DNA from: the human T2T-CHM13v2.0 reference genome, Homo sapiens
DNA length: 64,000 bases
NCBI RefSeq assembly: GCF_009914755.1
Contig: NC_060945.1
Direction: 5' to 3' (one strand)
Position numbers and translations under genes: made by a program. The notes under the pieces were generated by a model, which saw only the letters and a program-made list of their open reading frames with translations, was not told where the DNA came from and made no database searches. Positions 52,440 through 64,000 of the stretch are shown piece by piece. Every line of letters starts with the position of its first letter. Within the stretch, counting starts at the first letter, position 1.

Positions 52440-53870
52440 AGAAGTGGTAGTTTCTCAAGTTTTTCAAGTGGTTTGGTGCAATCTGAAGACTGCAATCCCA
52501 TCAATGAACTTTATATCTTTACCCTTTAAAATTATAATTTATGGGCTGGGTGCAGTGGTTCACGCCTGTAATCCCAGCACTTTGGGAGGCTGAAGTGGGT
52601 GGATCACGAGGTCAGGAGCTCAAGACCAGCCTGGCCAAGATTGTGAAACCCCGTCTCTACTAAAAATACAAAAATTAGCCAGGCATTGTAGGAGGCACCT
52701 GCAATCCCACCTACGGGGGAGGCCGAGGCAGAGAATCTCTTGAACCCAGGAGGTGGAGGTTGCAGTGAGCCGAGATTGTGCCACTGCACTCCAGCGTGGG
52801 TAACAGAGTGAGACTTTATCTCAGACAAAAAAAAAAATATATATATATATATAATTTATTAGACTACCTTGCAATTTCAGGGGATCTTTTACCCATATAA
52901 GATTTTATAAGATTACTAAGTGGTCTTTGGAAAATATTGGTTCACTGAGTGATCCAGATATTCCAACTATTGATACGGTTGTTTTTGTTTGTTTGTTTTA
53001 TTTTGTTTTGTTTGTTTGAGACAGAATCTCACTCTGTTGCCCAGGCTGGAATGCAGTGGTGCGATCTCAGCTCACTTCCGTCTCCTGGGTTCAGGTGATG
53101 CTCATGCCTCAGCCTCCTGAGTAGCTGGGACTACAGGCATGCACAACAAGGCCCAGCTAATTTTCATATTTTTAGTAGAGATGGGGTTTCACTATGTTGG
53201 CTAGGCTGGTCTTGAACTCCTGACCTCCAGTGATCCCGAAGTGCTGGGATTACAAGTGTGAGCCAGCTTACCTAGTCCTACACATTTTTAGTTAATAACA
53301 AAATTCACATTTGTTATAATCGACTGATCTCATCAGAAAAGTCTTTAAGTATTGGAATTAGTTAAGCTTACATTGTTGGTTGTAAGTTTTTCAAATTTTC
53401 TTATTGTCCACTCATGTTCTAAGTTGTTTTCCTTGAAGTGACAGGCTCACTTTATTCATTTTTGAAGAAATATGTCAGATAATCAAGTTTTAATAATTGC
53501 GGTTTCTTAGTTGTTCTTACATGTAAAAACAGTGTTCCATTAAAAAAGCAGTTATTTCAGTTTATAAATCACATGATCACAAATTCTTTCCTCAAGAAAA
53601 ACTGTGGTGTAACAATTATTTTACGCTTCATTTCTCATTTTGTCACATAGATAATTAAAAGATGTGTATTCATGGATCAAGACTTAAAACATTAAAGATT
53701 TTTGCTGCTTCATCAGTGATATTCTCAATGATACTCTACATTATTTTTACTGTAGTTGTAGTGCCAGTTGAGAATGTGACAACTTCTAATACAGCTTGGT
53801 GCCAGCTGCCTTCAGTTTTGGAAATGCATCAACAGTTTTACCCACCATAGCTTTTGCATCATGTAACAAT
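52440..53870 (-). mobile_element. Charlie1-type hAT transposon fragments interrupted by Alus (52543-52837 +, 52980-53278 -)
   Basis: The reverse strand near 53860 reads DAKAMVGKTVDAF..., resembling the Charlie1/ZBED5 DGAKAMVGK motif. Confidence 0.75.
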
Positions 53871-53889
53871 TTTTGCTTCAATTGTTAAA

Positions 53890-57358
<3,469 letters not shown>

Positions 57359-57579
57359 TGAAACTCTATTTAAATATAGATTTTAGCCAATGATATTCCG
57401 CTTTTTTTCCAAGGGTAAAATGTCCTCCCATTCCAGCCAGTTTTTGGTTATTTACAGGTAACTTCAATTAGTTAGCTTTTACATTTTCTTCAGATTTGAG
57501 ACATTTTAGGAAAGTTATTCTGATATTAGTCCCTATGCTGTTACCCAAGAAATAAATAAATTTATGTGTGAGAGTCATT

Positions 57580-58830
57580 GTTTTGTTAAGGTATATTTTG
57601 CATACACTATAATTCACCCTTTCTAAGGTGTGTATTGAATGTGATTTGGTAAATATGAACAGTCATGTAATTACCATCATAGTCAAGATACAGAATAGAC
57701 CCTTTACGCATAAATTCACTCATGACCTTTTGAAGTTACTGCCTACCTCCCAACTCCAGCTCCTGGCAATCACCTATCTGTTGCTTTCCTATAGTTTTGC
57801 CTTTTCTAGACTAATATATGAATGGAAACATACAGTATAGAATCTTTTCTGTCTGCCTTTTTTTTGGCTTAGCATAATCGTTTTGAGGTTGGTCCATTCA
57901 CTAGCTTACAGTTAAGTTTCATTCAATTTTTGTCCAGTATATAAAGCTGCTGTGAGCATTTATGTAACATGCTTCGTTGTAGATGTATCTTTTCATGTTT
58001 CTTGTGTAAATACCTAGGACTGGAATTTCTGACTTGTTGGAAATAATATTCTTAACTTTGGAAAACAGTTTCACAATTTCTTAAAAAGTGTCTGTATACT
58101 TTTCCATTTCTAGAGATCTGAGAGTTCCATTTGCTGTACATTGTTGCCAGCACTGGATATTGCCACTGTTTCTAAATTTTAGCCATCTGGTTGGCATTTA
58201 GTGACAATTTATTGTGGGTTTGATTTTGCATTCTCTGATGATTAATTAGATTGAGCCTCTTTTTATGTCTTTTTTTGCCATTTGTGTATCTTTGGTGACA
58301 TGTCTGTTAAAGTATTTTGTCTCTACAACCATTTTTTTCCAATTGATTTGCTTGTCATCTTCTTCAGTTGTAAGATTTTTTTATATATTATTCACAGAAG
58401 TCAGTTATTGGAGATGCATTTTATAAATATTTTTGCCTAATGTGTGACTTGTTTTCATTTATTTAGCAGTGTTTATCGAACAGCAGAGGGTTTCATTTTG
58501 ATGACATTTGTCATTTGTTAATTTTTTGGAAGTTGAAAAAATTATGCTCTTTATGCTTTATTAAAAAATCTTTGCTTGCCGCAGTGTTACTTGTAGGTTT
58601 AAAAAATCCATTTATGGTTAAATTACACATATGATAAGAGAATACAAGATAAGATTCATGTTTCTTTGTTTTCCATATGAATTATTTGGCAGTTCCAGCA
58701 TCATTCTAAAAGATTATTTATTGCTCTCTTGAATTATCTTGGCCCCTTGCTCAAAAATTAATTGAATATGGGAAAGTTTGCCTATTTCTGTATTTTCTGT
58801 TCTTCTGACTTATTTTTCTCTCCTTTTACC
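57580..58830 (-). mobile_element. Old L1M (MB/MC/ME-like) 3' end
   Basis: CATACACTATAATTCACCCTTT...CCTGGCAATCACC...TTTTGCCTTTTCTAGA...GCTGCTGTGAGCATTT...TTTAGCCATCTG. Confidence 0.78.
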
Positions 58831-60733
58831 AAAACCAAACATAAAAAAGATTTTTTTTCAAAATCATGAGTTGATATTTATGTTTTCAGTTTAATTCAAT
58901 AGCACAATTACATATCTTTAAAACAATTTTATAACTGTAGCTAAGCTATAGTTGTATATTTTCTTTTAATATCATCTTTCCTATAACTGAAAAAGTCATT
59001 AAAAGAAGAAAAGATTATTGTTTTTGTTTCAATTTCAAAGTAATCAAAACTAAGTGTACTAGTATTAAATAGTTAAAGCTAGTAGATCAATAATGAAATT
59101 TAATGTTATTGCTTTTTGCTATCTTTTTTGAGTTTACTAGTGATGTAAAAGATTTGAGTTATTTGCTGTGATTATGTAAATACTCTTTTGATGCATAATT
59201 CAGCTGTTAACATCATGTTAATTTGTGGCATTAATAATTTTACTGATAGCCCTTCTGTGATTCTGATTTTTGGTAGTGGTTTTTACCTGGTAAGCAGCAT
59301 TTTGTCAGCTGGCAGGTACTGGAAATATGCTTTATCACTTCTTTTTTAAGAAAAGTGGAAAACACAAACAGTTTGTTCACCAAAGTTATATTTCAAGGAT
59401 TCCATTCAACCAGAATCTGGTTCACCTTATTGACTCAACTTGGGGGTATATGTACTAGATTTTTACATACATCTGTTTGGAGAAACTCGTTTTATCTGTG
59501 TAATGTTTGTAAGACCAGAAGTTCTTTTACTGTTCTTGAAATAAAACTTTTAAGAAGCTGAGTATTCTTCTGTTAGTTTCAAATTTGGACTAAAATTACA
59601 CCAAGGTTTTGGACTAAAGAGAAAGCAAATAATCTGTTCTTATGTTCTTAAAAGACATGATTTAAGTGTATCCAACTAGATTCTTAGTGTGTCTGTGTTT
59701 ACTCCTACTCAAATGAAAGCTTTTAAATTTTTTCCCACTTTTTGAAGTGTTTAACTCTTCTGTAATATGCAGTGTTTTCTTATTAACTTTAAAGTTGTGC
59801 TAAGCAAACGTGTTTAAATTAATATTTCAATTATTTCAAAAACCCTAATTTGAAACAATAAATTTTATCATTGTAAACATTATGAGCTTTTAAGAATAAC
59901 CAAAAAAATGGGGGTGGATGTTTTATGTGGAAGTTATGTGTATCCCTTTTCTGCTTTTGGCTAAGGACAGATATCTTAGAATTAGCTTTATGGCGCATTC
60001 ATCTATCTGATTATTTCAGTTAATATCATCTTAATATAATACAGGTTACTTGAGAAGAAAAACTCTTAACCCAGTATTGGAGAGATGCCAGGTAGGATAA
60101 TAACGTTGATAGAGGATTTCATGTGAGAAAGAAAAAGGAAAATATTTTCCATTAAAAGTTGAGTTTTTATCTAAAATTCTCGTAATTTTCTAAAAAAACT
60201 TAATTTTTCTAAAAATATGTTGAAGAATTATATATAAAATTCACTTTCTATATATATAGAGCAAGTGAATAATAGGTACACATTTCTAGGAATACCCAAA
60301 ATATTAGAACCTATATACTAAAATCACATCAGAAAACAAATAATAGCGCCCCAGACATTCCATTCAAGCCTCCTGTTGGTTACTATTCCTAACTCCCCAG
60401 AGACATGCACTATCATCTAGTAACAACATAAGTGAGTCTTGCCTATGTTTGTACTTTGCGTAATTGGCTTTGTACTTCGTATAATTGAGCTACTAAGTAC
60501 TGTTTTCTGTCATCTTTCACGTATATATTTGTGAGATAAATCCAAATTGTTCCTTCCAGTCGTTTATTTTTCTCATCGATATATAGTATTCTGTTGTTAA
60601 GAGTACTATAATTTATTTATTTTACCGTTGGGCATTTTGAGGGCTTTCAATTTGAGGTCATTATGAATTGTGTTCTGTGAACATTGCAGTACATTTCTTT
60701 TGGTTGACACTGAGAGTATTTTATGGATTCTAA

Positions 60734-61099
<366 letters not shown>

Positions 61100-61251
61100 T
61101 AAAAACCATTATGTAAACAAGACAAAACACTCAGTACATTTCCATAGTCGATGAATTTGTCTTTATTACTTGTATATAAATAATTATGAACTCCTTGAGT
61201 TCAGTTCCTTTTTCATTTCCTGACCCTATGGACTTGAACAAGGAAATTTAA

Positions 61252-61650
<399 letters not shown>

Positions 61651-62319
61651 TAAAGTAATTCTTATAAAGTACTTGGCTTAGCTGCTGGCAAATAATAATG
61701 CTTACTGATTCTTGCATATTACCCATAGTTTATTGGCTAACTTTATGTCTTCCTTAAATTATGAAATTCTATAAAGTATCCTTGTCTATTTTAAAATTAT
61801 ACTCATTTTTATAACTTACATGCTTTATTTGTATATATCCAGGATACTAGATATTTGTAATCCAAATTGGAGGTTATTTTTTGTCATTTGATTTTTTTTC
61901 TGTAATGTGTGTTCTCACCACATAGAAGTTTTTACATTTTTATGTAGTCAGATTTATTCATGTTTTTATTTATGGTTATGTTAAAGATTATAGCTATTAG
62001 GGACCTATTTCTTCAGGGTTTATAATTTATGTATGTTGTTACAAATAGAGAAATTACTTTTTCTTTGACCCAATAGGTAGAGGGCACTTTTGTGGACTCA
62101 GAAAGCTTGCCTCTCCTATTTTATTTTAGGAAAATTTCTCAGATTCTGCCTCCTCATTTCCAAGCCAGAGTTTAAAATATTTACATTTTTACTTCATAGT
62201 GTTAAGACATTGTGTAATGTAAGTATAATGTGTAAAAAAAAATCTTAAAAATCTAATAGTGATTTGGCAGAGACCAAAGCATGGAGGGCCTTGAAATGCT
62301 GCTCTATTTGTTATCTATT

Positions 62320-63240
62320 ATTATAAAGCAATTACCATAAACTTAATATCTTAAAACAGCACCCATTTACTTAGGTCAGAACTCAGGGCAGGCTCAACTG
62401 TGCTCTCTGTTTAAGGTCTCACAGGATTCAAATCAAGGTGTTACCTGGGTGGAGGCTCCGGGGGTGAATCCTCTTCTGGGGCATTCAGGTGTGGGAGGAA
62501 TTCAGTTCTATGCAGTTGTAGGGCTGAGCTCGCCATTTTCTTTTTCTTTTTTTTTTTTTTTTTTGAGACAGAGACTTGCTCTGTCGCACAGGCTGGAGTG
62601 CAGTGGTGCAGTCTCGGCTCACTGCAACCTCTGCCTCCTGGGTTCAAGTGATTCTCATGCCTCAGCCTCCAAGTGGCCGGGATTACAGGCGTGCACCACC
62701 ATGCCGGCTAATTTTTTTTTTTGTATTTTTAGTAGAAACGGGGTTTTACCGTGTTAGCCAGGATGGTCTCGATCTCATGACCTCGTGATCCTCCTGCCTT
62801 GGCCTCCCAAAGTGCTGGGATTACAGGCATGAGCCACCACAACCTGCTGAGCTCACAATTTTCTTACTGCCTATTGGTGGGTCACCCTCAGTTCCTAGAG
62901 GCCACTCTTTGGTTTTTGCTCCTGGCTCTTTTTATCTTGAAAGATAGCAACAGTGTATTGAAATGTTCCCTTGCTATGAATTTCCCTTTTGCTACTAGCT
63001 GGAGAAAACTCCAGCTTTCAAAGAGGTTATTTGATTAGATTAGGCAAATATCTCTTTTGATTAATGCAAAGGCAGTTGATTGGTGGCTTTAATCACATCT
63101 GCAGAATTCCTTTGCCATATAATATATTAATGGCATTAACCTTGTCATGATATTTCATCATATTTACAGCCTCTGTATTAGGGTAGGAAATTTGGTGGGG
63201 TTGGTGGTATGCGGGCATTTTAGAATACTGCCTACCACAC
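62320..63240 (-). mobile_element. Old MLT1 LTR split by an Alu (62537-62845)
   Basis: AATTACCATAAACTTA...TTAAAACAGCACCCATTTA...GGTCTCACAGGATTCAAATCAAGGTG...GGAATTCAGTTC lies before the Alu. TAATCACATCTGCAGAATTCC...TAGAATACTGCCTACCACA lies after it. Confidence 0.78.
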
Positions 63241-64000
63241 ATTCTGTATTGAGGGGTTTGTGTGTGATTCAGAATATATTTGTATTCCTTTAGAAAGATT
63301 GCTGTGGCAGCAGGGAGGAGGATGTGGCAGAAAGGAAAGATACTGGCAGGAGAAAAATCCCACTCTTAGCAGTCTCCATTTTGATTTTGTAATGTCGTTT
63401 GATGTTTTTTTTTAGCAGATGTTTCAATCAGAAATGTGTGTTTAATAGTATGCCAACTAGAATGATTAGCCTGGACCAGAACAAGAGTCATGAGTCAGTC
63501 ATTGAACTGTTCATTACTTCAGGTCAATTCATACACAGAATAATTTCATAGATTAGGTTTTATTTCAGTCAGCTTTATTTCACTTTCTAAAGCAAACAGT
63601 TGTTTAAACCTCGGATCTCATTAACAGCATTTTAATAAACACAGTATTAGGGTGGGTTTACTTACCTAGATTGCGAATCTCATGGATTATATATTGATTC
63701 TTATAGGCTTAATTTTTGAATCGGGCATTATTTATTGTAATTCTTTAGTCTTACGTTTTGCATGTTTGAAGCTATATTTTTTCCTCTGAATACCACATTT
63801 GCCATGTCTCAGAGATTTTTTTGATGTTTCTTAATCATTTAAAAATAATACATGATTTTTCTTCTTGATTGAAACTCTGCCATTATATAGAAAGGACTTT
63901 TAAATTTTGCCAGTGGATAGATTTGGGAGTTTATCCTTATATTGTGAATTTCTAATTTTTATTGTATTAGGTCTAGGGACGCATCTGCTTTTACTGGATA

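Noticed and set aside
59240-59560. Possible exon (CTG|GTAAGC donor at ~59290; 68-aa ORF 59355-59561)
   Set aside because: No recognisable protein similarity and no convincing acceptor/donor pair.

Overview
Primate (human-like) non-genic DNA at a heterochromatin edge. I found no intact protein-coding or RNA gene, and all the long ORFs come from repeats. The window has four parts. (1) 1-~10030 is the end of a DYZ2/HSat1B-type composite satellite array. Each ~2.39-kb unit is an AT-rich block, a 5'-clipped antisense Alu and an HSATI block; there are about 4.2 units. This family is known from Yq12 and the acrocentric short arms, and I cannot tell the chromosome from sequence alone. (2) ~10030-15900 holds a degenerate class-I ERV gag relic directly abutting the satellite, an antisense L1MA with an AluY inside it, a GC-rich exon-like patch and an L2. 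(3) ~15900-47700 is extremely rich in Alus, minisatellites and (TATC)n. It contains tandem arrays grown from transposon pieces (MER53-like 45-mer, MLT1 49-mer, MST 110-mer), a microsatellite with higher-order structure, and many short-range copy, inversion and chimera events. (4) ~47700-64000 is AT-rich with ancient repeats (Tigger1, two hAT-Charlie relics, old L1s, MLT1). I see no new gene system. The most interesting signals are structural: a fold-back/template-switch insertion at ~26 kb, other local templated duplications, TE-seeded minisatellites, and an ancestral-to-derived gradient at the satellite edge. Repeat subfamily names come from my recall of consensus sequences and need RepeatMasker/Dfam confirmation. 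Boundaries are approximate.
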